A DNA stretch of 63,331 nt, filler included, from Chrysochromulina tobinii (lineage: Eukaryota), in NCBI GenBank assembly GCA_001275005.1. It is 3 parts of 3 records of this genome, joined end to end, with 100 filler letters (N's around TTAATTAATTAA, not from the genome) between each part and the next. Parts side by side here need not be neighbours in the genome. Positions count along the whole stretch, not along the records: positions 1 to 28,129 come from JWZX01001410.1; 2 more parts are not named here. One strand, written 5' to 3'. The translations under genes and the position numbers were made by a program. Positions 9,601 to 18,698 of the stretch are shown here, one piece after another. Numbering within the stretch: the first letter of the stretch is position 1; the number at the start of each line of letters is the position of its first letter. Under the pieces are notes generated by a model. That model did no database searches. It saw only the letters and a list, made by a program, of their open reading frames with translations, and was not told the origin of the DNA.

Positions 9601-10866
9601 GATCTTGGCGCTCTCGGCAGCCTCGCGCGCTGCGGTCTCAGCGTGCGTGCGCAGCCCTTCCAGAGATGCAGCTTGGAAACTCGTGAGCAGCTGCTGAGCC
9701 TCGGTGGCAACGGACTCCATGTACGCTCGCCGTGCCGCATCCCGCTCGGCGATGGCCGCCATGAGACGTGCCTCATCCACTGGCGATGCGACAGCCTGCT
9801 GAGACACAAGCTCCTGCTTCTCCTGCAGCAGCTTGGCAGCTTGAGAATCACGAGAGATCTGGGGCCGGGATGTCTCCGTTGCCGTCTCGCCGTGTACCTC
9901 GGACAGCACCTGCGGGCACTCCTTGAGAATCTTGGCAATGCCCTGTATCTCATCCATGTTGGCTGCACGACGCTGTGGATTCGTGTGCAGCACGTCCCAC
10001 GCCCGAGCCGTGTGGGGAGGGATGTCTCCGTTGCCGTATCCATGTGTAATGGCCGCTCGGATGGATGCCACAAGTGGTCCAAAGGTGGCGACGAACGGCG
10101 GCGGGATGCCTCGGTGGCGACGAGCGCGTGCGTCGCTCAGCTTACGAAGAATCTCGGAGAGAGGCAGCTCAGGAGGAGCCTTGGTGCACTTGAGCGAAGG
10201 CTCCTCGGTCCACCTGCCTTCTGAGTACACCTTGTAAACCCAGTCGCTACCGACCTCTTCGCCGTACGGATATAGCTGAATGCACTTCGAGTTAATGTAG
10301 CCTAGGTGAGTGCCCAGATCTGCCTTGCTTTGGAACACCCACTTGCATACTGCACTCTTGCACAGGTAGCGATCGAGCCCCGCAGCATGGCGCCACACGG
10401 GGGCCCCATTTACCTCACGCCCTTCTTCGAGGGTGTAGTTTCCCAAGCACTCTGCTTGATGTGGCTCTAACGCGTGACTATCTCCCGTCAAGAAGATGAC
10501 TGGCGCGAACGGGGGAAGTTCTGCCTTGGTGCACTTGAGCGAAGGCAAATCGATCCACTTCCACTTGCCTTCTTTGTACAACCTGAAAACCCAGCCGCTA
10601 CCGACCTCTTCGCCGTACGGATGTAGCTGAATGCACTTCGATTGAAACCAGTTTCGGTCAGTGCCCAGTTCTGCCTTGCTTTGGAACACCCAATTGCCTA
10701 CTGCACTCTTGCACAGGTAGCGATTGAGCCCCGCAGCATGGCGCCACACGGGGGCCCCATTTACCTGACGCCCTTCTTCGAGGGTGTAGTAGCCCAAAAG
10801 TCCGGCCCATTTTGCAACCGCGTGATTGTCTGCCGTCAAGACGAGCACTGAAGGCAACGTTGACAT
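6676..10866 (-). CDS. Multidomain protein: two N-terminal ~115-aa repeats, coiled coil, Ser/Thr kinase, C-terminal PARP-type ADP-ribosyltransferase domain
   Basis: Kinase motifs VALKKY, KEAALL, HSDIKPDNIL, LADFD, FFAPE, KSDVYSLG. PARP motifs LLHAT, FGDGLYFAE...DHY, YREFIVF, YPEYLIAY. Intronless ORF. Confidence 0.85.
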   Translation of the reverse strand: MSTLPSVLVLTADNHAVAKWAGLLGYYTLEEGRQVNGAPVWRHAAGLNRYLCKSAVGNWVFQSKAELGTDRNWFQSKCIQLHPYGEEVGSGWVFRLYKEGKWKWIDLPSLKCTKAELPPFAPVIFLTGDSHALEPHQAECLGNYTLEEGREVNGAPVWRHAAGLDRYLCKSAVCKWVFQSKADLGTHLGYINSKCIQLYPYGEEVGSDWVYKVYSEGRWTEEPSLKCTKAPPELPLSEILRKLSDARARRHRGIPPPFVATFGPLVASIRAAITHGYGNGDIPPHTARAWDVLHTNPQRRAANMDEIQGIAKILKECPQVLSEVHGETATETSRPQISRDSQAAKLLQEKQELVSQQAVASPVDEARLMAAIAERDAARRAYMESVATEAQQLLTSFQAASLEGLRTHAETAAREAAESAKILSQAKATAVQALRQDWLDKGVSSSHMLWQCMDIVHGLQNQNGPLREGGAAKGAGSSGGGRETLSGGEALSQCKAVVRDYLVKHTDARATEHLLKSDQLLKLIVDIYVFGPATLSNLHAGPRSSTAGTDGSCVLSALSAIDQYEKSFEVEPEQQAGTDLAALNMTCLHGSMFTSDMSVEPNLVSERLRVLNAKVDAEICFWQTQLSAFPLKLLLQAGSAVAERRHQAAASLQSILERCKGLSHEHAKLSELLETRVDAFEEELMRARNKVELAKLDLEEEGTKLKRAKLQSGNDAVEQRAADVKVAKGAVRAAEGELSQLHATLFKKLNAFPELRRRVPDGIPVELLPLYKMGRQLDQYTELRKLQTFSRHPVWIALLDGRAVALKKYDVDAEALKVCYKEAALLLKCQHPAVVELEALFESDDSFYLQMPYYPNGTLSTVRERAHLTARFMLELLLALSEAVANLHARGVIHSDIKPDNILFDEGMRPRLADFDVSVPATTRRSRSFVISTAECTSAAGGGGGGGGGGPTKGFGGGTFGFFAPEVVQGTVSELTSKSDVYSLGKSFEWVLSSPPPPDLEDQELVTKLLRLMMVERPEQRPSASEVAIQVQQALAELVVLEAERARRAHAASLAAAQKESSADRAQLHKLQASLKLPDYWQHSTAPASAEGVALLALEPSKHSEAWNALSALLETDGTELGKGRDYKHQTPSYDRLRLAAAWRIEHQSLFVKYAGARNLVAEGLQRVLHAGKPVHDVKCRLHDAASRLPGQLDTLAGEEILLHATAPENLLSILSSGLNEHFSGTNAGTAFGDGLYFAEDAGKCDHYATIDIRPWQRNDPASAATRGSAGTQALHQRLYPEGTDHPGRVFYLLACRVATGCTVRTLTAHDKNMKSPDTSERIFPMVGSPPKPSWRELAPVGGVDPPVNHHTLVAENHAGGGPYRYREFIVFQNAQVYPEYLIAYQRFDGILGPQS
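10179..10790 (-). repeat. Intragenic tandem duplication (~345-bp period) encoding the N-terminal repeat domain
   Basis: ccttggtgcacttgagcgaagg at 10179 and 10524. Peptides YTLEEGRQVNGAPVWRHAAGLNRYLCKSAV and YTLEEGREVNGAPVWRHAAGLDRYLCKSAV. Confidence 0.9.
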
Positions 10867-11591
10867 GCTTGGCCGAAAGCGACGAGGGGGCCGCACTTCG
10901 AGGCGTTCCGGATTGACGTGACTTCATTCTGTTAATACACTGCTGCTGTTCAACACAGCAGCTAACACACAACACGTACAAAGCCCAGAAGAGAAGACAA
11001 TACTGTACAAGACCCCGAAACAAGGCCCCAAAGGGAGTCACATGCAGGCAGAGAGCCGAGAAACAGCCTATAAGAGAAGATCGGCGAGACCCAAATATGA
11101 ACTCGGGAGGGAGCGCGCCCGCCGACATGGGCGGTGAACCCCCGAATGGGCGAGCCAGGGGGCAGCCAGTAGAGGTATACAAGCCGCCCCCTGAAGAGCG
11201 ACGCTGGCTCCGTCCGTCCTCGCGCATGTCAACGACCTTGTCCTTGAACGACCCGGCATAGTCATAGAGCCGAAGTCACAACGCACCAACACGTGATCAC
11301 ACCGCCTACCCGCGCACGGATTCGCATCCTGTCGTGTTTACGTTCACACACGTGACAAAGAAAGTTCCAAACCCCGTTAAAATCGACGAACGCGGAGTTT
11401 CCAGTACCGGTACGCCAAGCCACAGTCGACGCTTCGTGATGACCGTCCATGTTGGGACCGGACATATGCCGACCAGAAGCGGTTCTGAGTGGGGTGAGAG
11501 GTGTGCGAAAATTGCCTGTCGCACCGAATGCGCGAGTACACTTTCACAGCATGAATGTTCCGAGTCCTTTCCCAATCGCATTCGCAGAATC

Positions 11592-12449
11592 ATGGCCGTC
11601 TCGAGCCTCGACAAGGACGTGGCGACGCGGCTCTTCCGGATGCTCGCCGTCAACGAGCAAGCCGCCGACGCGATCAAGCGCGACCATGCGTCCTACGCAA
11701 AGATGTCACTTTTGACGCAGCAGGCGCAACTGCTGCAGCATCAGGCAAAGACGGTGATCGACAAGTGCGAGGCGAAGGCGATCAAGTTCCAAAAGGTCGA
11801 GCAGGGCGCTGAGGCGCCCGGCGACACCCGCTTGGCGATCTCCGAGGAGTATGACGAGGGCGCAAAGCGCCTCTGTACCATGCTCGCCGTGAGTGAATCC
11901 ACGATCGCCTCGATCAGCACCGATCACGCGGCGTCGGCGCGGCTGTCGCTGCTCGCGGAGCAGGTAGGCCTGCTGCAGGAGCAGGCGAAGCAGGCGGTGA
12001 ACGACGCGGCGCTCAACAGGCTGCTCAGCGAGATTGGCATGAGCAGTCGTACCGTGCCCGGCTCCGTCTACTACCACTACACACAGAACGGCCGGCACGT
12101 GCTCTCGCGCATCGCCAATGATGAGTGGGACAATTACGACGAGTTCCACGGCAAGTACCTGTACGACTACGACTTCACGTTCCGCAAGCTGCATGGCGAC
12201 GTGAAGGATACCGAATGGTGCGCCGCCGTCATGCCGATGCCGCAGGGCCTCTACATGCCGCAGCTCGGCATGTCGCAGAAGATCAATGCGCTCAACGTGG
12301 AGCCGACGCCGCCGACGACGCACGACATGGACGCTGAGCAGCCCGCCGTGTCACCTGCCTTGGCTGCAAAGGGCGCCCTGGCCAATGCAGCCATGCGCGA
12401 TGCGCCGCCGCTACCAAAACCCGTTTGTGGCGTGCAATCACGCTGGTGA
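11592..12449 (+). CDS. DUF2452 / C1orf50-like protein with a duplicated N-terminal helical module
   Basis: LAEQVGLLQEQAKQAV...VPGSVYYHY...LSRIANDEW...FHGKYLYDYDFTF resembles DUF2452 as I recall it. Confidence 0.7.
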   Translation: MAVSSLDKDVATRLFRMLAVNEQAADAIKRDHASYAKMSLLTQQAQLLQHQAKTVIDKCEAKAIKFQKVEQGAEAPGDTRLAISEEYDEGAKRLCTMLAVSESTIASISTDHAASARLSLLAEQVGLLQEQAKQAVNDAALNRLLSEIGMSSRTVPGSVYYHYTQNGRHVLSRIANDEWDNYDEFHGKYLYDYDFTFRKLHGDVKDTEWCAAVMPMPQGLYMPQLGMSQKINALNVEPTPPTTHDMDAEQPAVSPALAAKGALANAAMRDAPPLPKPVCGVQSRW

Positions 12450-12937
12450 GAGGTGTTGAACGCGGCGCATGAAGCACTCGGCGCGGCGCCGGAAAGCCCA
12501 AACAACACATATATCTGCACTAAAAATGCGTTGTCAATACATCCACATGTGTTGCATGGTAGAAATCTCCAGTGCGTAACTCTTCTCTTTCTCCCGTTCC
12601 ACGGTCAATTTAGACCACTGTGGACCCCCCTCCGGATGCGAAGCGATAGTCCACAGCGCACAGGGAACTCGGACCGCACGCGTCGATGACCGATGAGCGA
12701 TGTGATCCTTCGTTGCGGGGGCGCTTGGCGACTTTTTTACCAAAATACCTCGCCTTCGCCCTCACACTGACACGGATTCTGTTGCTGTTGTCGTCGGAGC
12801 CCGGGCCAGTCTCGAGCGAGTCCGTCTGTGCTCTGTGGATCGCAATGCTGGATCGGTGCTTATGTTCGGTGCAGGGGGGGGAGTGTGTATACTCGAGCCC
12901 GTTCATTGATGAACGGGAGGGGGGGTACCATCCTTGT

Positions 12938-13013
12938 ACCGGCTCCCCCGGTGTCTTTTTACCGGCTCCCCCGGTGTCTTTTTACCGGCTCCCCCGGTGT
13001 CTTTTTACCAGTA
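12938..13013 (+). repeat. 3 x 23-bp tandem ACCGGCTCCCCCGGTGTCTTTTT; member of a dispersed motif family
   Basis: Exact units at 12938, 12961 and 12984. Related copies at ~35129, 57114, 57283 (reverse), 57335 and 61605. Confidence 0.9.
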
Positions 13014-13026
13014 GTAGGATTCCTAT

Positions 13027-15033
13027 ATGGATATGGCGCATATGGCGGAGCTCAACGCGCGGCTGCGTCGGGAGGCGGATTCGGGGATGGTGGATGCGGC
13101 AAGGGCCACCAAAAAGGAGCGGCAGCCCCCTCTGCCGCTGCCGTCGACTGCCTCGGCCGAGGCGATGGATGAGGCGAGGGCTTACGAAGCGCCGCTGGCC
13201 TATGCTGCAGATGAAGCTGCTGCGAAGGCACACGCACGAAGCACCGAGCCTAGATCTCCGGCCAAGCGCCAATGCCTGGAGCCCGTTGCGGTGTGCGCGG
13301 GCGCGTCCTCAAGCGTGGGCGCGCCAGCCGATGCGCTTGGTGCTGATGGGCCCGACCCTCGTTGGGACGATGCAGGGTTCAACGAATGGGCAGATGAAGC
13401 GCAGCTCCAATTCATTCTTCTTGGGTACTTGCGCACGCTTCGTAAGGAGGAGAAGATTCTTCCGGCAGCGCAATGGATCCCACGGCACGCCTATCACGCC
13501 GGCGCGCCACCATCGGGCGTGGAGATCTACAACGTCATCCACGTCAAGGGGACAAAAGAGCACCCGGACCCGTGGGGTGATCATCTGGCGGACCTTGTCG
13601 AGCACCTCAAAGATGCAGACGACTCTGATCTGGTCCTGATGACGTTTTGCGCGCGGCCACAACGTCACTACACAGCAGCTGGCGATGGGAGCCATACTGA
13701 ATTCAATTCCAATGGTCCATGCACAGACTCGCGTCTACGTCAGACGACCGAGAGTGATGGACGGCCGTGCTGGACCGACTTGACTGTCGAGCAGGAGCGG
13801 CGCTTAAGGGCCTTTGAGGATGGACTCAAACGAACCTCTTGGAACGTTACGTATTCGGGGCTGCGTACGGTGGTGCTGCACAGGAAGCCAGAGCGGCCGT
13901 TGCCAGCAGAGCATAGAGGCAGAGCCATACACGAGAGCGTGTGGGTCACCGCAGAGCTCATGCTGGCAGCGTTTTGTCAGCGGATTGTCAACTCCTCTGA
14001 CCCTGAAGTGAAGGAGCACTTCTCGGCTTCAGCGCTCATGAATCCAGTGCAGCGACTGCGTGAGGGTTACCAATCCGGCAAGCTCCGCATCACCATTGAC
14101 AGTGATCTCGAGGGGATCATCATTCCGGGGCTGACACGCTCATTGGCGCGCATGGTGCCAGTGCGAAAAGACGACAGCGGCTTCCGTGCCTTCTGCATCC
14201 AATCACGTATCGGTTGGATCAAGGTTGGCTTCATCCGACGCTTCGTGTCAGCGCACCAGCGACGGGCACAGGACGAGGTGCTTCTCTTCCCGCGACGCCA
14301 AGAGCTGCCTCGCGGCAGCTTTTATGAGGGCATGCCGCCAGAGAATCGGCGCCGCTTTGCTGTGAGCCATGGCTGGGCCTGTGAAAACCACCCCACGCCG
14401 AGCAGCGAGCGCATCCACCGACTCGCACTAGCACTCAAAACAGCACACGCGGATGACGACGATGCGGTGTTTCTCGACTACGCCAGCCTCTTCCAGAATC
14501 CCCGCTTCGGAACTCGCCTTGGCCTTCCGCCGCAGCGCGATCGGACGGCAGGCGAGAGCAAGTGCTTCCGCACGGCGCTCTTCGAGATGTCGCGCATGTT
14601 CGCCTTCGGTGGAGTTAAAGTCATCGTCCTGCCTCAGCTCGAACGCTGGCAGGACTTTCCAGCAGTGTTGGGATCACAAAACGCGCCAGTTCCCGAGTTC
14701 AGCGAGGTCAAGAATCGCGCCTGCGAGAAGTCTGACCTGTGGGGCTGGATCAACGCCGTGCCCTACGAAAATCGCGGCTGGTGCGCCGCCGAATTCTCGT
14801 GTGCGCTCAAGGCGGGAATCATCGCCAACTTGGAAGATCCTGACGTGCAGCGCGTCCTCCACGCTCGGGCTTGGCCGCAAAACGTGGACGAGTACCAGAA
14901 GATGATGGACGACCCCGCGATTGAGTTCACGGACAAGGGCGACAGCGACTTTGTCGCCTACCTGTTCTTCAAGATGTCTTTCGATCTGAGCGCTGCCCAG
15001 CATGGTCAGCCGAGCGGCGCCCATGGCCCATAA
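13027..15033 (+). CDS. Tandem HET-like domain protein, paralogue 1
   Basis: FAVSHGW...HPTP...VFLDYASLFQ...YENRGWCAAE, preceded by a degenerate copy (IHVKG..EHPDP...LMTFCARPQ...HESVWVTAE). Confidence 0.7.
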   Translation: MDMAHMAELNARLRREADSGMVDAARATKKERQPPLPLPSTASAEAMDEARAYEAPLAYAADEAAAKAHARSTEPRSPAKRQCLEPVAVCAGASSSVGAPADALGADGPDPRWDDAGFNEWADEAQLQFILLGYLRTLRKEEKILPAAQWIPRHAYHAGAPPSGVEIYNVIHVKGTKEHPDPWGDHLADLVEHLKDADDSDLVLMTFCARPQRHYTAAGDGSHTEFNSNGPCTDSRLRQTTESDGRPCWTDLTVEQERRLRAFEDGLKRTSWNVTYSGLRTVVLHRKPERPLPAEHRGRAIHESVWVTAELMLAAFCQRIVNSSDPEVKEHFSASALMNPVQRLREGYQSGKLRITIDSDLEGIIIPGLTRSLARMVPVRKDDSGFRAFCIQSRIGWIKVGFIRRFVSAHQRRAQDEVLLFPRRQELPRGSFYEGMPPENRRRFAVSHGWACENHPTPSSERIHRLALALKTAHADDDDAVFLDYASLFQNPRFGTRLGLPPQRDRTAGESKCFRTALFEMSRMFAFGGVKVIVLPQLERWQDFPAVLGSQNAPVPEFSEVKNRACEKSDLWGWINAVPYENRGWCAAEFSCALKAGIIANLEDPDVQRVLHARAWPQNVDEYQKMMDDPAIEFTDKGDSDFVAYLFFKMSFDLSAAQHGQPSGAHGP

Positions 15034-15882
15034 TCTTCAAGAACAAGCTTGGCCGTGCGACCAAAAAGCAAATCTCATCGTGAAACATCCATCCACGTAA
15101 TTGGAGAACCTGTAGATTGCCGTACTGAGAGAGAAGAGGTTGCCTACTTGCCTTATGTATGCTTGGGGGGGCACGGTGCATTTCGAGGGATGAATGCCTG
15201 CTTGATGTGGTGGGGATTTCACAATGCATGCCTGCATGTTTTTATGCCTCATGCTGATGGCTTCAAGCCTTCAACGCCTCGACACTTGATGCGCTTAGTG
15301 TATAGGACATGATGACGATTAATTGATGAACGGGAGGGGGCGGGGGATGGGGGGAATACGGCGGAGGCGTATGCAGATATGCTGCTCACGTTTCAGGTTC
15401 CATGGGAATCTCAAAATTGTTTGGTGTGCTTTCCGAACGATCTCAGAACATGTACCGTAGTTCAAACGGGAGGCGAGGCACGGTCTCCGTCTCGTCACTC
15501 GTGGGTGATCTCGTTGTGTGAGATTCGCGTACCGTACTGTACTGTACGATCCAGCGCGAGTGGCTCAGCTTACCGCCCACCCCTCACAAGGATAGGAGCC
15601 GGACTGGCCAGGCCAACCGGAGGGCGCGCGCGCATCTGCCCGAGAGCCTCTCGGAACACTTTGGTGGTGAGGTGGTTGCCTCGCCATGTCTACCACCGAT
15701 TCTGTGGCCCTGTTACGATATGTTGTCGTAGACGGCCCCGTCGGTCACACCTCCGTCCATTGCGATAGAGGCCCTCGTGCTTGGGGGTCCGGAGAGTGTG
15801 CGCGTTTGTGTTTCACAGCAGCAGCAGCCAGCGCGAATCGCGAATCCTCACAGAACACAGGCTTCACGGACCAGTCTTTTCG

Positions 15883-17898
15883 ATGGGCGCGGGTGCCTCG
15901 GCTTTGTCCGTCGAGAGCCCAGACGCGGACATCAAGGCCGCGTACGAAGGTGCATCGGCAGATGAGCGGTCGGCCTTCCTCGTCAAAGTGGGCGATCAAG
16001 AAAAGATGAAGCTGGAAAGCCTCGGCCTTGACGTCTCGAAGGCAGCTCAGTCTGGAAACGAATCCGCGAACACCAATAACGTCCCTAATTACGAACCCAA
16101 TGACCCACCGTATTTGGTGGAGCTCAACGCACGGCTGCGTCGGGAGGCGGATTCGGGGATGGTGTCAGCGGCAAGGGAGGTGGCAGCCCCCCAAAAGGAG
16201 CAGCCGCCCCCTCCGCCGCTGCCGTTGACTGCGCTTGGTGCTGATGGGCCCGACCCTCGTTGGGACCATGCAGGGTTCAACGAATGGGCAGATGAAGCGC
16301 AGCTCCAATTCATTCTTCTTGGGTACTTGCGCACGCTACATAAGGAGGAGAAGATTCTTCCGGCAGCGCAATGGATCCCACGGCACGCCTATCACGCCGG
16401 CGCGCCACCATCGGGCGTGGAGATCTACAACGTCATCCACCTCTGGGGGACAAAAGAGCACCCGGACCCGTGGGGTGATCATCTGGCGGACCTTGTCGAG
16501 TACCTCAAAGATGCAGACGACTCTGATCTGGTCCTGATGATGTTTTGCGCGCGGCCACAACGTCACTACACAGCAGCTGGCGATGGGAGCCGTACTGCAT
16601 TCAATCCCAAAGGTCCATACACAGACTCACGTCTACGTCAGTCGACCGAGAGCGATGGACGGCCGTGCTTGACCGACCTGACTGTCGAGCAGGAGCGTCG
16701 CTTAAGGGCCTTTGAGGATGGAAGCAGTCGAACCTTTTGGAGCGTCACGTATTCGGGGCTGCGTACGGTGGTGCTGCACAGGCATAGCGACAGAGCCATA
16801 CATGAGAGCGTGTGGGTCACCGCAGAGCTCATGCTGGCAGCGTTTTGCCAGCGGATTGTCAACGCCTCTGACCCTGAATTGAAGGAGCACTTCTCGGCTT
16901 CAGCGCTCATGAATCCAGTGGAGCGACTGCGTGAGGGTCACCGTTCCGGCACGCTCAAAATTGAGAGTGATCTCGAGGGGATCATCATTCCGGGGCTGAC
17001 ACGCTCATTGGAGCGCATGGTGCCAGTGCGAGTAGACGATAGCGGCTTCCGCGCCTTCTGCATCCAATCACGTATCGGTTGGATCAAGGTTGGCTTCATC
17101 CGACGCATCGTGTCGGCGCACCAGCGACGGGCACAGGACGAGGTGCTTCTCTTCCCGCGACGCCAGGAGCTGCCCCGTGGCAGCTTTTATGAGGGCATGC
17201 CGCCAGAGAATCGGCGCCGCTTTGCTGTGAGCCATGGCTGGGCCTGTGAAAACCACCCCACGCCGAGCGCCAAGCGCATCCAACGACTCGCACAAGCACT
17301 CAAAACCGCACGCGCGGATGACGACGATGCGGTCTTTCTCGACTACGCCAGCCTCTTCCAGAATGCCCGCTTCGGAACCGGCCTTGGCCTTCCGCCGCAG
17401 CGCGATCGGACGGCAGGCGAGAGCAAGTGCTTCCGCACGGCGCTCTTCGAGATATCGCGCATGTTCGCCTTCCGTGGAGTTGAAGTCATCGTCCTACCTC
17501 AGCTCGAACGCTGGCAGGACTTTCCAGCAGTGTTGGGTTCACAAAACGCGCCAGTTCCCGAGTTCAGCGAGGTCAAGAATCGCGACTGCGAGCGGTCTGC
17601 CCTGTGGGGTTGGATCAACGACGTGCCTTACCATAATCGCGGCTGGTGCGCCGCCGAATTCTCGTGTGCGCTCAAGGCGGGTATCATCGCCAACTTGGAA
17701 GATCCGGACGTGCAGCGCGTCCGCAACGCTCGGGCTTGGCCAAAAACCGTGGAAGAGTACCAGAAGATGATGGACGACCCCGCGATTGAGTTCACGGCCA
17801 AGGGCGACCGCGACTATGTCGCCTACCTGTTCTTCAAGATGTCTTTCGATCTGAGCGCTGCCCAGCGGGGTCAGCCGAGCGGCGCCCATGGCCCATAA
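15883..17898 (+). CDS. Tandem HET-like domain protein, paralogue 2, with MGAGAS N-myristoylation-type start
   Basis: Near-identical to 13027..15033 from ELNARLRREADSG onward, including the 3' flank. Distinct N-terminus. Confidence 0.7.
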   Translation: MGAGASALSVESPDADIKAAYEGASADERSAFLVKVGDQEKMKLESLGLDVSKAAQSGNESANTNNVPNYEPNDPPYLVELNARLRREADSGMVSAAREVAAPQKEQPPPPPLPLTALGADGPDPRWDHAGFNEWADEAQLQFILLGYLRTLHKEEKILPAAQWIPRHAYHAGAPPSGVEIYNVIHLWGTKEHPDPWGDHLADLVEYLKDADDSDLVLMMFCARPQRHYTAAGDGSRTAFNPKGPYTDSRLRQSTESDGRPCLTDLTVEQERRLRAFEDGSSRTFWSVTYSGLRTVVLHRHSDRAIHESVWVTAELMLAAFCQRIVNASDPELKEHFSASALMNPVERLREGHRSGTLKIESDLEGIIIPGLTRSLERMVPVRVDDSGFRAFCIQSRIGWIKVGFIRRIVSAHQRRAQDEVLLFPRRQELPRGSFYEGMPPENRRRFAVSHGWACENHPTPSAKRIQRLAQALKTARADDDDAVFLDYASLFQNARFGTGLGLPPQRDRTAGESKCFRTALFEISRMFAFRGVEVIVLPQLERWQDFPAVLGSQNAPVPEFSEVKNRDCERSALWGWINDVPYHNRGWCAAEFSCALKAGIIANLEDPDVQRVRNARAWPKTVEEYQKMMDDPAIEFTAKGDRDYVAYLFFKMSFDLSAAQRGQPSGAHGP

Positions 17899-18698
17899 TC
17901 TTCAAGAACAAGCTTGGCCGTGCGACCAAAAAGCAAAACTCATCGTGAAACATCCATCCAGTCATTGGAGAACCTGTAGATTGCCGTACTGAGAGAGAAG
18001 AGGTTGCCTTATGTATGCTTGGGGGGCACCGTGCATTTCGAGGGATGAATGCCTGCTTGATATGGTGGGGATTTCACAATGCATGCCTGCATGTCGTGGC
18101 CTCATGCTGTTGTCTTCAAGCCTTGTTCAACGGCCTCGACACTTGATGAGCTTAGTGTCTCGTTGGAGGGGGCGACACAACCGTGTTCGTATGTAAGTCG
18201 GAGGTGGGTGGGTGTGGTAGCGATCTTGCCCCACGGTCGTCGTGGCGCTATGGCCGCTTGGGGGGGCACGCGCGGCGCGGGGCATTTCGACCATTCGAGG
18301 GATGAATGCCTGCTTGATGTGTACTTGATGTGTACTTGATCGGATGTGGCTAGGATGTGGCGGGGGGGATTGGTGATGCGGTGAGCCCCGATTACGGCGT
18401 AGAGACGCAGCAGCTCTAGCCACTGCGCGGAGAGAATTGAGAAAGGCAGTGCACACTGACCCACGACAGCACTGACGATCAGACTCGACCGTCTCGAAGC
18501 GGCGAAGCACTGAGACTTAACTGAGACTCGAGCGCGGTGAATGTCTCGCTTCTCGTCTCGGGCTTCTGCCTTCTCTCGTAGAGACTAGAGTCTGTGAGAG
18601 TCTCTATATTCATTCTATGAGAACAGCTACAACTTATATAGCGAGTATTGATTTTTTGTGACGATTTGTGATGTGAGCTCCCTGAACTCCCACCGTCG

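Noticed and set aside
18011..18340. ncRNA or separate element in the repeated ...gagggatgaatgcctgcttgatgtg segment (15161, 18017, 18256)
   Set aside because: Mostly explained by the HET-like gene duplication plus one local copy, with no recognisable RNA structure.
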